Assembly: GCF_006345805.1 (NCBI RefSeq)
Contig: NW_021833574.1
Location: forward strand, 6,742-70,741
From: Octopus sinensis
Lineage: Eukaryota
DNA length: 64,000 bases
Direction of reading: 5' to 3'
In this document: positions 24,356 to 37,190 of the stretch, piece by piece
How positions within the stretch are numbered: position 1 is the first letter of the stretch
Layout of the letters: each line of letters opens with the position of its first letter
Translations under genes and position numbers: made by a program
Notes under the pieces: model-generated
Databases searched by the model: none
What the model was told of the DNA's origin: nothing
Seen by the model: only the letters and a program-made list of their open reading frames with translations

Positions 24356-24648
24356 GCATATTGCCATTTGAATATGGCTAACCTTAAGGGTGGATGCTAC
24401 TGTAGTTTGTAGCCCCAGGAAGATATCTCTTCCAGCTGGCTATAGACACACTATCTGTGTCCTCTCAGTACTTGTGAAGGGAGTCATCCTCCCGTCTTCC
24501 CCGTCTTCCCAGATGACTCCCCTTCACAAGTACTGAGGAGGACACAGATAGTGTGTCTATAGCCAGCTGGAAGAGATATGTTCCTGGGGCTACAAACTAC
24601 AGTAGCATCCATCCTTAAGGGTTAGCCAAATTCAAATGGCAAATATGC
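24356..24648. repeat. Long near-perfect inverted repeat (arms 24356-24488 and 24512-24648, 23-nt loop)
   Basis: Arms are reverse complements with only a few substitutions or indels. A diverged single copy of the arm occurs at ~37670-37735. Confidence 0.95.
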
Positions 24649-25349
24649 GTCACGATGTGTTACCGCTACTGTTTATAACTCGCTCTGAGATTTATCATTA
24701 TATATATATATATATATATTTGTGACTATTCGGTGGTACAGAAGTATGTTTCGACTTCTAATTTTTAGCGACATAGGTACTCATGTAGTACCCTAGTGTA
24801 TATATATGTACATATCTAATATTGCATGTATAATTTTATTAATTTGCCTGTGCGGCTGATAATTCGCTTACCCACCGTGACGGCATTTTAATATCATCCC
24901 TATAATATATATATATATCTATATAATATATATATATATATATATAATATATATATATATATGTATGTATATATATATAAATCAATATTTTTACGTTTAA
25001 TGTGAGAAATTTAATAAAAACATCAGGGAGCAAAACTAAGGAGTGGTTGTAACTGTAATTAAGCATATCCTGCGTTGCGGAAGAGTTGTGTTCATAAAAT
25101 ATCGCCTGTAACGCGGATTCGTGCAATGCGAAATTTCTCAGCTTTCCATTTCATTGCCAATCTGTGTTGTATGAATGAGAACCATGAGAAGATAGATTTT
25201 GTGTAAAGGAACATTACGATAGGATAGGGAATTTTACGAGCACAACACTTCCGTAAAGCGGGGAAAGCTTGTACCCGAGCGGGAGAAAAGAAAGGGAACA
25301 AGAGAATGGAATGCACACGCGCCTGCGCACAAACACACACACACACACG

Positions 25350-25389
<40 letters not shown>

Positions 25390-25456
25390 ACATATGCATG
25401 TATTTAATATTATGTGTAGTATATATGTATATATATGTATTGTATATATATGTGTA

Positions 25457-25528
<72 letters not shown>

Positions 25529-25669
25529 GATCTAAGTTATATGATTTATAAAAACATGTAACAATACTATAATATCTGTAAATATAAACCATCCATTTCT
25601 GAGTACCTCATTTCTTCTAATATATAATACCTGTACATCATCTCCAGACCTTCCAATATATATATATTT

Positions 25670-25850
25670 TGTGGTAAGTAGCTTGCTAACCAACCACATG
25701 GTTCCGGGTTCAGTCCCACTGCGTGGCATCTTGGGCAAGTGTCTTCTGCTATAGCCCCGGCCCACCAATGCCTTGTCAGTGGATTTGGTAGAGGGAAAAC
25801 TGAAAGAAGCCTGTCGTATATATGTTATTATCTATATATATATATATTAG

Positions 25851-25881
<31 letters not shown>

Positions 25882-25892
25882 ATATATATATA

Positions 25893-25937
<45 letters not shown>

Positions 25938-26140
25938 GTATGTGTGTGTGTTTGTGTGTCTGTGTTTGTTCCCCTAGCATTGCTTGACAACCGATGCTGG
26001 TGTGTTTACGTCCCCGTTACTTAGCGGTTCGGCAAAAAGAGACCGATAGAATAGGTACTGGGCTTACAAAAAGAATAAGTCCTGACTAAAGGCGGTGCTC
26101 CAGCATAGCCGCAGTCAAATGACTGAAACAAGTAAAAGAG
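25670..26140 (+). mobile_element. SINE family B, near full-length, with expanded internal (TA)/(TG) tract
   Basis: Head, core, microsatellite, tail and GTAAAAGAGTAAAAGAG end. Confidence 0.9.
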
Positions 26141-26452
26141 TAAAAGAGTATGTGTGTATATACATACATATGTACATGTGTGTGTGTGTGTGTGTTTTAG
26201 GTTCAAAATGTGGGATCGCATAATATTCGACATCACATTCTGTTCCAGTAGACGGTGAGAGAGAGAGGGAGGTAGGAGGGAGAGAGAGAGTGAGTGGCGA
26301 AGAGTGTGTGATAGACAAAGGGAGAGACAGATAGACAGTGATAGAGTAAGAGACAGACAGGAAGACAGGCAGACAGCCGGGCAGACGGTGAGTCCCGGCT
26401 GAGACTGACAGCTGTGTCTGTGTCGTGATAGGAGTTCAAGTTCCCAGCTGAA

Positions 26453-26468
26453 GCAACAGGTGGCGCTA
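26453..26468 (+). promoter_or_regulatory. CTCF-like motif
   Basis: GCAACAGGTGGCGCTA matches 12 of 14 positions of the CCASYAGRKGGCRS consensus. Motif only. Confidence 0.3.
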
Positions 26469-26649
26469 GTGATACTATTTACATCTTTCACTAGGCTGCC
26501 ATGCTTTCACTATGCTTCTAAGCTAAAAAAAAATCACAACCTCCACTGACACACACACACACTAACACACACGCACAAATGCGTACACACACACACACAC
26601 ACACACACACGCATATATAGATGCATAATTATATACAGGACATTATCCT

Positions 26650-27090
26650 TTTACTTGTTTCAGTCATTTGACTGTGGCCATGCCGGAGCACCGCCTTTAG
26701 TCGAGTACATCTACCCCCAGTACTTATTCTTTGTAAGCCTAGTACTTATTCTATCTGTCACTTTTGTCGAACCGCTAAGTTACGGATACGTAAACACACC
26801 AGCATCGGTTGTCAAGCAGTGTTGGGGGGGGGATAAACACAGACACACAAACATATACACATACATACATATATACATACATACAAATATATATATATAT
26901 ATATAATATATATACATATATACATATATACGACGGGCTTCTTTCAGTTTCCGTCAACCAAATCCACTCACAAGGCTTTGGTCGGCCTGAGGCTATAGTA
27001 GAAGACACTTGCTCAAGGCGCCACACAGTGGGATTGAACCCGGAACCATGTGATTCGTAAGCAAGCTACTTACCACACAGCCACTCCTAT
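26650..27090 (-). mobile_element. SINE family B, full-length
   Basis: Reverse complement of the family B sequence. Confidence 0.9.
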
Positions 27091-27094
27091 GGCA

Positions 27095-27425
27095 CTACGT
27101 CGGTTACGACGACGAAGGTTCCAATCAATCCGATCAACGGAACAGCCTGCTCGTGAAATTAACGTGCAAGTGGCTGAGCACTCCGCAGACACGTGTACTC
27201 TTAACGTAGTTCTCGGGGGAGATTCAGTGTGACACAGAGTGTGACAAGGCTGGCCCCTTCAAAATACAGGTACAACAGAAACAGGAAGAAAGAGTGAAAG
27301 AAAGTTGTGGTGAAAAGGTACAGCAAGGTTCGCCACAACCTCTTGACGGAGCCTCAGGTGTTTCGGCTCAATAGACACTCACAACGTGAGTCCGTTGCCC
27401 TATCCACTGGGTCACTGCGCCTCCA
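27095..27425 (-). mobile_element. SINE family C
   Basis: Matches 32371-32754 in the same orientation, with a deletion near the head. Confidence 0.9.
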
Positions 27426-27446
27426 CACATTATAAATACATACATA

Positions 27447-28077
27447 TTGTAATCCCTCGATCATCGCGGGTGTTAAGTTTCAAAACCTCACGCAATAGGT
27501 GAAAACCTGCAGAGACAGTACTGTACTGCATATGTTAAAAATTATCTTTTTTTTTTTTGTTTCAGTCATTTTGACTGCGGCCATGCTGGTGCACCGCCTT
27601 TAATCGAGCAACTTGACCCCAGGACTTATTCTTTGTAAGCCCAGTACTTATTCTATCAGTCTCTTGTGCCGAACCGCTAAGTGACGGGGACATAAACACA
27701 CTAGCATAGGTTGTCAAGCAATGCTAGGGGGACAAACACAGATACACAAGCACACGCACACATACGTACATATACATATATACGACGGGCTTCTTTCAGT
27801 TTGCGTCTACCAAATCCACTCACAAGGCTTTGGTCGGCCCGAGGCTATAGTAGAAGACACTTGCCCAAGGTGCCACGCAGTGGGAGTGAACCTGGAACCA
27901 TGTGGTTCGTAAGCAAGCTACTTACCACACAGCCACTCCTGCGCCTATATCTATTTGATAAAAACTGCAAAACAACACCATGGAGGAATCGATGTAAGCT
28001 TAAATAATGAACCGCGATAGGCGAACCGCGATAGGCGAACCGCGATAGGCAAACAGCGATATGACGAGGGATTACTG
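27447..28077. mobile_element. pogo/Tigger-like MITE interrupted by a SINE-B; three 14-bp tandem repeats near the right end
   Basis: TA|TTGTAATCCCTCGATCATCGCGG ... GCGATATGACGAGGGATTACTG|TA. GAACCGCGATAGGC x3 at 28009-28050. Confidence 0.75.
27555..27945 (-). mobile_element. SINE family B nested in the MITE
   Basis: Full-length reverse-complement B copy. Confidence 0.9.
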
Positions 28078-28207
28078 TATATACATACATATTCTTTTAT
28101 CCTGTTATTTGATTCAGTGATTTCACTGCGGTCATGCTGGAGCATCACCTTGAAGGGTTGTAATCGGACAAATCGACACCTGGAATTAGGTTTTTTTAGA
28201 AAGCTTT

Positions 28208-28246
<39 letters not shown>

Positions 28247-28934
28247 CATTCACAGTGGCAAAATCCTAAGATCGCGATTTCGATTCCTCAGACCACCGGT
28301 ACATTTATGTTCTCATGCGAAACACTTCATTTCACGTTGACCTAGTCAGCTCAGCTTTAAATGGGTAACCCTACTCTCAAAAAACCAGATATGAGGCATG
28401 TATACGAGATGTGTCTATGAGTAATCTATACAGACTATAAACTTGAGCAGACGAGTAACCGATGATCCAGGACACGCCGCTAGTCTATAGTGAATAACTT
28501 ACTTCTCCTTTCCTTCCCCGTCACCAAAAAAAAAAAGAAAAAGAAAAAGAAGAGAAGAAGCTTTATAATCTACTTCGTTTGAACACGTTTTGTAGTGAAA
28601 TAATTCATTGATTCATTATATTCATAAAAGTCTACCTGGATGTGTGACGTGGCAAGGCCAAGACAGACAGACACAGATACTCATTCAAGCATACATTCAC
28701 ACACAGTCACGTCCGCACACAGAGGTAAGTACACACATGCAGGTACACATGTATGTGTGTCTATATATGCACGAGTGTATATGTGAGAGAGAGAGAGAGA
28801 AGTATATATATGATGATCAAACTTATAAGCTTGAAAATATATATATATGCATACATATATATATACATATATACGCATTTCTACACACACATATGCATAT
28901 AAACAAACCCACCCAAAACACCTAGATATTAAAA

Positions 28935-28971
<37 letters not shown>

Positions 28972-29039
28972 TACACACACACACACACTCAGGTATAGTT
29001 ATACATACACCCACAACACCGACTCACTCACACACGCAC

Positions 29040-29053
29040 AGGTATGTATATAC

Positions 29054-29084
<31 letters not shown>

Positions 29085-29153
29085 CAGACAGACAGACAGA
29101 CAGACAGACAGATAAACAGACATACAGACATACATACAGACAGACAGACAGAC

Positions 29154-29210
<57 letters not shown>

Positions 29211-29239
29211 TATAGATAGATAGATAGACAGACAGACTT

Positions 29240-29310
<71 letters not shown>

Positions 29311-29370
29311 CAGAGACAGACAGACAGACAGACAGACAGATAGATAGATAGGTAGGTAGATAGATAGATT
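29040..29370. repeat. Compound (CATA)n/(GACA)n/(GATA)n/(GA)n microsatellite
   Basis: Seen directly. Confidence 0.9.
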
Positions 29371-29799
29371 GAAAGATATGCATACCGGGGTAACACCAGC
29401 TCTCACACACAAGCATATCCCTACATACATATATACCTACATACATATATAGATACATCCATATATGTCACAGCGATTCACACACATACACAGGAATATC
29501 TATCTACGCACACACAGTACCGACTCACACACACTCACACACACGCATTCACAAAAGCCGCCAACAATGCAATTACACTTACATAACAGATATTATATTC
29601 AAACCGTATTATTACTTTTTTTATTTATTTTTGTAGTGGATTTACCTGAATTGCAACAAATTTGTTAAAGTAAATGAACTGTAGATACACTATGCGTGCG
29701 TGTGTGCGTATGTGTGTGTGTGTGTGCGTGTGTGTGTGTGGGTGCGTGTGTGTGTGTGTGTGTGTGAATATGTTTCTTTTTCTGCATATGTATGAGTAT

Positions 29800-29903
29800 A
29801 GATAGACAGACAGACAGATAGATAGATAGAAAGATAGATAAACAGGCAGACAGACAGACCGAGAGACAGAAACAGATAGACAGACAGACAGACAGACAGG
29901 CAA

Positions 29904-29957
<54 letters not shown>

Positions 29958-29965
29958 GGATAGAT
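29800..29965. repeat. (GACA)n/(GATA)n microsatellite flanking the 3' end of the Tx1 LINE
   Basis: Seen directly. Confidence 0.9.
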
Positions 29966-32015
29966 AACTTTTTATTGTAGCCACACAGGGCTAAACACAG
30001 AATAAAAATGGACGAAATACAATGTAGAATTTTTTCTTTTCGAGGTGGGATGGGTGGGGCACAAAAAAACAAAAACAAACACGTTTGATCAATAGGGATC
30101 TGTGGGTTGTGTGGTGTATAAAAAGCAATATATATATATATATATATAAGGTTCACAGTTTAGGTGTATCCTTGGAAAGAAAAACCTACAAAAAAGACCA
30201 AGGTCACCTCAGACAGTTCGAAAATGAACACATGAGTAAGTCGCCTTACTTCTTCGTTGTCTCTTTTGGTTACAGATTTATGCTTAAAATAGTGTCGTCT
30301 TTCATACTCACCATTTTTGCCACTTTTACACCCACTTTTTTATTAAAACATTCGTTCGACAAAGCCTTCCTCTCTATTCTCATCCTCCTTTTCAAGTGGT
30401 ACTTGAAAAAGTTGACGAGAGACTGACCAGAGAGGAAGGTGTTTGTTTGCAGTCCTTTCAAACGCGTCCACCACACACATTCTTTCGCCATAGCCATCAG
30501 CGTAACGAAAACCGTTTTCTCTTCCCGTTTAAAGGAAGGTGGTGGAACAATATCCACGTTATACTTGGCCGATAGGCGGGCCCGACCTACACGTGACAAC
30601 AGCTGTTCGACGAAGGTCCACAGCTCTGAAATATCTGGACACTGCACGAGTGCGTGCAGAACGGTTTCGTCGCTCTGATTGCATCTCGGGCAGGTCGGTC
30701 CGGTGATGGTTTTCGAACCGTGCCTGTAGCTCTTCTCTCGAACAGGTAATGCGTCTCGATAGCACTGCCAAGCCAGAGATTTCTGGAAGTTATCCATAGG
30801 CCCCGGCCCGAACGTCGTCATGAACAGGCGCGCCCAGGTTTGCCCCGAGTGTGTCGTCGGACCTCCCCTCCACTAGTCCTCTATAGAACGCTTTAGTCGT
30901 TTGTAAGTTGCACAAGTTTGACCCCGGTCGGCAAGCTGCTGTAAGCTGGCGACACTCTCGGTGCCAATCGCCCATTTTCGGTCTCTCTTGATCCACGTTT
31001 GCAGTTCGGTCAGTGAGACGAGCTGCGGGAAGACGCGCTACACAAACGGCGCCCACACCTGTTCACCGTCGTCGATGAAGTTCCAGAGATGCCGCAGTCT
31101 CAGCGCATGCCTGCGCATCATCAACCACGGCATGCCCAGTCCTCCATTCAACGGATGTTGACAGCAAATGGACTTCCTCACCATCGGAACGCCACCCTAC
31201 CACAGGAAGCGGAAGAGTATGCGCTCCAGTTTGGTGATGGTGGCGTTGGGACAAGGCACGATGGTCAGGTGGTAATCGATGACGGATGCGATGTACGCGT
31301 TCGCCACCTCCGCCCGGCCTTTTAGAGACAGCTTTCTCTCGGCCCATGTTTAGCTGAGAGCGACCACTCTACTCGTGATCTCGTCCAGTTCTTATCCATT
31401 TGGAGGTCCGGACTGAACAGACCCCGAGCAATTTAACCGTTCCGTCCGTCCAGCGTCCCACTACTGAGCCTCAGTCGGACGGCATGGGCTTGCTTCTCCA
31501 GGTGCCGAGTAGCAAACCCACTGACTTTCCTGGTTAATCTTCGCTCCCGTCACCGTTTCGTATTTTCTTAGTGTTTCGCCTATCATCTGGATTGTGTTTG
31601 TCGCTCGACACTATGACGGTGACATCGTCCGCATAGGCCAACACGCTCGTCCGTAACCCAGTTCCCGTGGGATGCCCCTCAGTTCGCCAGCTTCCGCAGT
31701 AGCGGCTCAAGAGTCAATACATACAGAAGCGCCGACAGGGGACACCCCTGACGGACCGAACGCGTGATGTCAAACGGTTTCGACAGGTGACCGTTCACCC
31801 GAATCACCGATCGGATGCCGCTATACAAGGCATCGGATGGTCGAGTCGGAACCTGTCAGACAAATGGAAACGTCTGAGTAGGTCTTTGAGGCACTTATAC
31901 CCCCTTCTATTCCTATCCATTCCCACATAATCTAGATGCGTGTCCAAGGTAGCGTTCCAATCCCCTACTAACAGTAAAGGTCTAGACGTACCCAGGAAAA
32001 CCTCTAGACGTCTGA
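29966..32015 (-). mobile_element. L1/Tx1-clade LINE, 5'-truncated and internally deleted, with frameshifts
   Basis: Minus frames: APE endonuclease piece (LLLVGDWNATLD...LSDRFRLDHP, ~31838-32010), RT (ALYSGIRSVIRVNG...VRQGCPLSALLYVL...YADD), C-terminal CCHC knuckle (CPRCNQSDETVLHALVQC, ORF 30270-30821), then a 3' UTR ending TACAATAAAAAGTT. Confidence 0.9.
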
Positions 32016-32103
32016 AGAAATCCGCCCAAATCGTTCTCTATCTAAATTCACACAGATTCGTGTGTGTGCGTGTGGTGTGTGTGTGTGTGTGTGTATGTGT
32101 GTG

Positions 32104-32160
<57 letters not shown>

Positions 32161-32370
32161 ACGTGTGTTTATATACATTTTTATAGTGGTTTCGAGTTGG
32201 CGGATCCAAAACGACGAACGCGTTTCATACTTCGGGGGTTCGAGACTCTATGCGACCGAAATTGAACAGCTGCTGTAGTCTGGTCTGAGTCAGATCTAAA
32301 CGTTTTCGTTATATTTTGGATCTGAAATTAGTTGTAGTTCATTTGTCCAGGTTTTGTTTCCCCTAATTGA

Positions 32371-32754
32371 TGGAAGCACTCCATCGGTTACGACGACGAG
32401 GGTTCCGGTTGATCCGATCAACGGAACAGCCTGCTCGTGAAATTAACGTGTAAGTGGCTGAGCACTCCACAGACACGTGTACCCTTAACGTAGTTCTCGG
32501 GGATATTCAGCGTGACACAGAGAGTGACAAGGCCGGCCCTTTGAAATACAGGTACAACAGAAACAGGAAGTAAGAGTGAGAGAAAGTTGTGGTGAAAGAG
32601 TACAGCAGGGATCACCACCATCCTCTGCCGGAGCCTCGTGGAACTTTTAGGTGTTTTCGCTCAAAAAACACCCACAACGCCCGGTCTGGGAATCGAAACC
32701 GCGATCCTATGACCGCGAGTCCGCTGGCTTAACCACTGGGCCATTGCGCCTCCA
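32371..32754 (-). mobile_element. SINE family C, full-length and young
   Basis: Nearly identical by eye to the reverse complement of 40030-40416. Confidence 0.95.
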
Positions 32755-32788
32755 CTTTCCCCAAAATTAAATATGTTCTGAACCAATA

Positions 32789-32843
<55 letters not shown>

Positions 32844-33794
32844 TGTGTGTGTGTTATCAAGAGGCAATCAAAGATTGTGACAGATGGAATGAGGTCAGTC
32901 AACCCAATCCTCAATGTTTTACTGTAGCTTGCTAAGGTCGAGCAAAGTTGTTTCTAATAAAGGTGGGCAGATTTGTGAACAAAACCATCCACGCAAGACC
33001 ATTCAGTTTTCTTTCTTGGTATAAGGTGGTGGACTGGCAGAATGTAAAAACGGACGAAACGCCGCTGAGCATTCTATCCGGCGTGCTAACAGTTCTGCCA
33101 AGCTCGCTACCTTGAATTTCCTGGGTATGTTATTACTGTTTGACACAATATATTTATTCATAAAACGAAATGGTGTTCAGTTGGAACGTCCCTGATCAGA
33201 GATCTGTTGGACCAGAAGTGACCTGGGGCTAAACAGCAGCAGCAACAACAACAACAATAACAGCAAAAAGTAAATAAATAAGGAAGAAAGTAGACGGGAA
33301 GAGAAGGCTACAGCAGAAGAAAGAATTGAGGAGGAGGCGTTTTTTCTGGACATCAGTATTTTCGTCTGTCAGTCAAATGACACAAATAAATATAAATATT
33401 GAACACTTGTGGGCAGTGAGTATTGATATCGATTGGATATGAGAAGCAACACGAAGAACATAAACAATAGCGAGCACACTGCCACGCGAATTGGTGGGAA
33501 TGCATTCTCTTACGCCTATAATCGCAGCCTGCCCACAAACTGGCAAAGCACACATCTGGGGTACGTGGTCTCGATATCGACTGAATAGTGTTTATAGATA
33601 CACATAACCATACATACGTAGTGGCTGGTTTCTTGTAAACGAGCAAAACTATTACTAGAAAAAAATCATTGAAATGAAATCATTGATAACGCAGTGTGAG
33701 GCCCTTATATTGACTTTAGACTGCCACCAAATATTGACACATTTTATTTCATAATGCACAGTTGTACAAACTGGCAGAAAGAACCAGTGCCACA

Positions 33795-34015
33795 TACATA
33801 CATACGTACATACATACATACATACATACATACATACATACGTACGTACGTACATACATACATACATACGTACGTACATACATACATACATACATACATA
33901 CATACATACACACATACATACATACATACGTACGTACGTACATACATACATATATACATACATACATACATACATACATACATACATACATACATACATA
34001 CATACATACATAATA
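33795..34015. repeat. (CATA)n/(CGTA)n microsatellite
   Basis: Seen directly. Confidence 0.95.
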
Positions 34016-34021
34016 CATATA

Positions 34022-34490
34022 TATGATGGCTGCCCCCTCGTTATCGAGTATGGCCATTGCGCGAAGCTTAACTGTTACTGGTGCTGTGATCGAATGTGAC
34101 TTTTTAGCCCAGCTAAAGATCTACAATGTCTTGTACAGAACTGGCAGCTAAAACCTTTACCGGTAATAGCCGGCTGTAGTTGTAACTGGGCTTCATGTAC
34201 CTTTGCATGTCGTTTAAGTCCTCCCGCTGAATCACACTCCTTTCCACATGCCTGACAGATATGATTAGTATGGTGTCTAACACCAACACCAGTGGCCAGG
34301 TGTCACTCATTTGTCTCGCTTTATGACTACGAAGATGACTCTTGAGTCCAGTTTTACTGAGGCAGGGTCTTGCACAGACACTGCATATCAGCATCATAGG
34401 AAGACCCTTCCCATCTGGAAGTGTAACAGCGATGCCCTTCTTGATATCCCTCCTTACTTTCTCATGCGCAGCTCGAGATTTCTCAAAAAT
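34022..34490 (-). mobile_element. RTE-clade LINE 3' fragment
   Basis: FEKSRAAHEKVRRDIKK...CSVCARPCLSKTGLKSHLRSH is the C2H2-like C-terminus typical of RTE ORFs. An RTE-style end (CTCGATAACGAGGGGGCAGCCATCAT) follows, then a microsatellite. Confidence 0.75.
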
Positions 34491-34795
34491 AATATGTATA
34501 TATATATATATGTATACATACATACACATGCTTATATACATATGCATTTATACACCAACACAATTAAATTATACTTCTCTAGACTACGTTTTACACTAGT
34601 ATCTAAACTAATTCTATTATTTTTAATTGACAAAAAAATACAAAAGTGACTCTATGGCTTAGAGTTTCATGCACTGGCCTTCATCATGCACCTCAGTTAC
34701 TTTTGTAACTTTCTGCCGATTAAAGAAAAGGAATTCTATTTATTCAAATACTGAATTCTATATCTCCTGTTTGTTTCATCAAGCATGTGTGTGTG

Positions 34796-34826
<31 letters not shown>

Positions 34827-36069
34827 GTGTGTGTGCGCGTGTGTGTATGTGTGTAAAGATACACACACACGTGCACACACATATACGCATGGATGTATAC
34901 ATACACGCATATATATATATATATATATATATACATACACACAGACACACAGACAGATACACACATACACACACATACAGATAGATGGGGGAAAGAGAGA
35001 TGTCAAAAGAACTAGGCCTTAGTGTCTTTGGAAATGCATGAAAACATTATTAAATGACACAGACAAGAAATACATTCAGGATTCTGAAGTGTTTGCACAG
35101 AAACTCAGTGTTGCGTACCTCTGTCATTCAGTAATAAATGCGTGCGTGCGTGTGTGTGTGTGTGTGTGGTGTGTGTGTATTTGAAAACTCTTCGATAAAA
35201 GAAAACCAATGTCATGCTGAGAGTTACAAGCAAAGAACCACCATAGCTGCAACGATTTGGAATGACACTTCACTAACGAAACCATTATTCCCTCTTTCTA
35301 ATCCATTAGAAATGGTATCTGCACATACATGCATATAAAATGGCTGCGACTCGATTTCAAGCCATGTCGTTGCTTCATTGACTTCTTAAATGTGAGCTGG
35401 ATGGATGTGGGTTTCCGTTCCTGCTAAGATCCATTCATTTCTTTTCTCAGAGGTAGCAACGATGGGCACCTCTTGTAGCAAAGTGTCCGGAGAGTTTACC
35501 TCACACGCTGATTTTTGCTTTCATTGTATGAACGGACTTTTACATCGAGTGTTTGGCTTATTCGGCTGCGATCAACTATAGTATGCAACATATAATAGAG
35601 TTCTTATTAGAGATCTTAAAAATCAAGAGATGCCTGTACTAGAATCTTTGAAAGGCGAGGAAAAGCCTTGTGCAGGGCCGATCAAACGCTCTAACGATGC
35701 ATGCATTTGACTAAAATGAACAACTAGTCTATATCACTGAATGCAAGCCTAGTCGCAACTGTTCGGTCTCCAAGAGAGATGTCTAAACAAAGACGATGGC
35801 TTATTCCTAGCTGTTGGATAATTGTTGACTCGACTGAGTCCATCTGCTCTTTGTTAGGTTTTCCTGCTTTCTTTTTTGCCCGGAAGAGTATCCAATGAAA
35901 ACCATCCCCCTTATCAAGCCAGCCTGGCTGGGTTGGCAGTTTAGATGTCGACTGACCGGCTATACGACAGGGTGTGGTTGTGTTTTATGTTACTAGCAGC
36001 TCTAAGAGTGACTTGACATAAGATATACATACAGTTACATATATATATATAAAAATAAATGTATCGAAG

Positions 36070-36320
36070 GTTCTTCCCGAGCCAGTGGCTCATAAGGCAG
36101 GTTTCCCCAGATCCAGTGGCGTATATATTCCTCCTAGCCTTGGACAGGGCGTCGGTCGTTCGGCCGGTCGCAGGATTGCTTGTTGTTGCCAGCTGAGGGG
36201 ACTGGTGCAACTTGAAATGAAACGTTTTGCTCAAGTTTGAGAACACAAGCATCGCCTGTTCCAGTAATAGAAACTAGTCTCACGATTATGAGTGCAACAT
36301 CCTTAACCACTAAACCATGC
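36070..36320 (-). mobile_element. Degenerate SINE related to 52085-52400
   Basis: Shares the GGCTCATAAGG...TTTCCC...GGCGTATA block and a decayed tRNA-like head. Confidence 0.6.
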
Positions 36321-36542
36321 GCCTTCAAACACACACACACACACACACACACACCACACACACACACACACACACATACACACATACACATACGTGCGTT
36401 CGAAGAAATATTAGAAGAGAAAACTTACAAATGAGCAAACGGAAATACAACTGCACACATAGTAAAGCAAAAAATACACTCTCTTCATCAAGGTCACGAG
36501 GCACACACATTAACGCGCCGAGATATGCACTGACATGCACAT

Positions 36543-36587
<45 letters not shown>

Positions 36588-37190
36588 TAAATACACACAC
36601 ACACGTTTCAAGGCGAACATGAACACATTCTTAAACATTCATTCAAATACAGGCTCAATCTCTCCCCACCTCTCTCTCTCTCTCTCTCTCTGACTCTCTC
36701 TCTCTCACACACACACATACACATACGCACACTATCATATACATCTCATACTCAGAAGTGAACGAGAAATCTGATTAGGAGGTCGCTTGACCTACTAGAA
36801 ATAGCCACTAAATTTCCCTCAAATCACATTTTACAGTTCTAACGAAAAGGAACGTACTAGATAAAGTTTGTAAAAAAAAAAAAGACAAGTTAATCAATGA
36901 ATTCGTGGATCATTTATATTAAAACCTCATGATAATACCCTCCAACCAAACTTATACATGCAATGGTAGCGTGGATATGTATATACATGGGTGTGCGTGT
37001 GCGCATGTGTATGTATGTACATGCGCGCATACGCGAATCCTATGAGCAGTTTTTACTTTCTCCCCTTCCAGTATTTTCCCTTTACTAAACGGTCATTCTA
37101 ATAGCTCTTTTGTTTGTCTTAATAACGGTCATTTACATAGTAATTTCCCTTTGTTTAACAAAAAAATTTCATAGCATTTTTGTTTTGTCT

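Noticed and set aside
24525-24570. Hammerhead-like CTGAGGA-GGACAC...GTGTC in the fold-back arm
   Set aside because: The required GAAA after stem II is absent (TATA follows).
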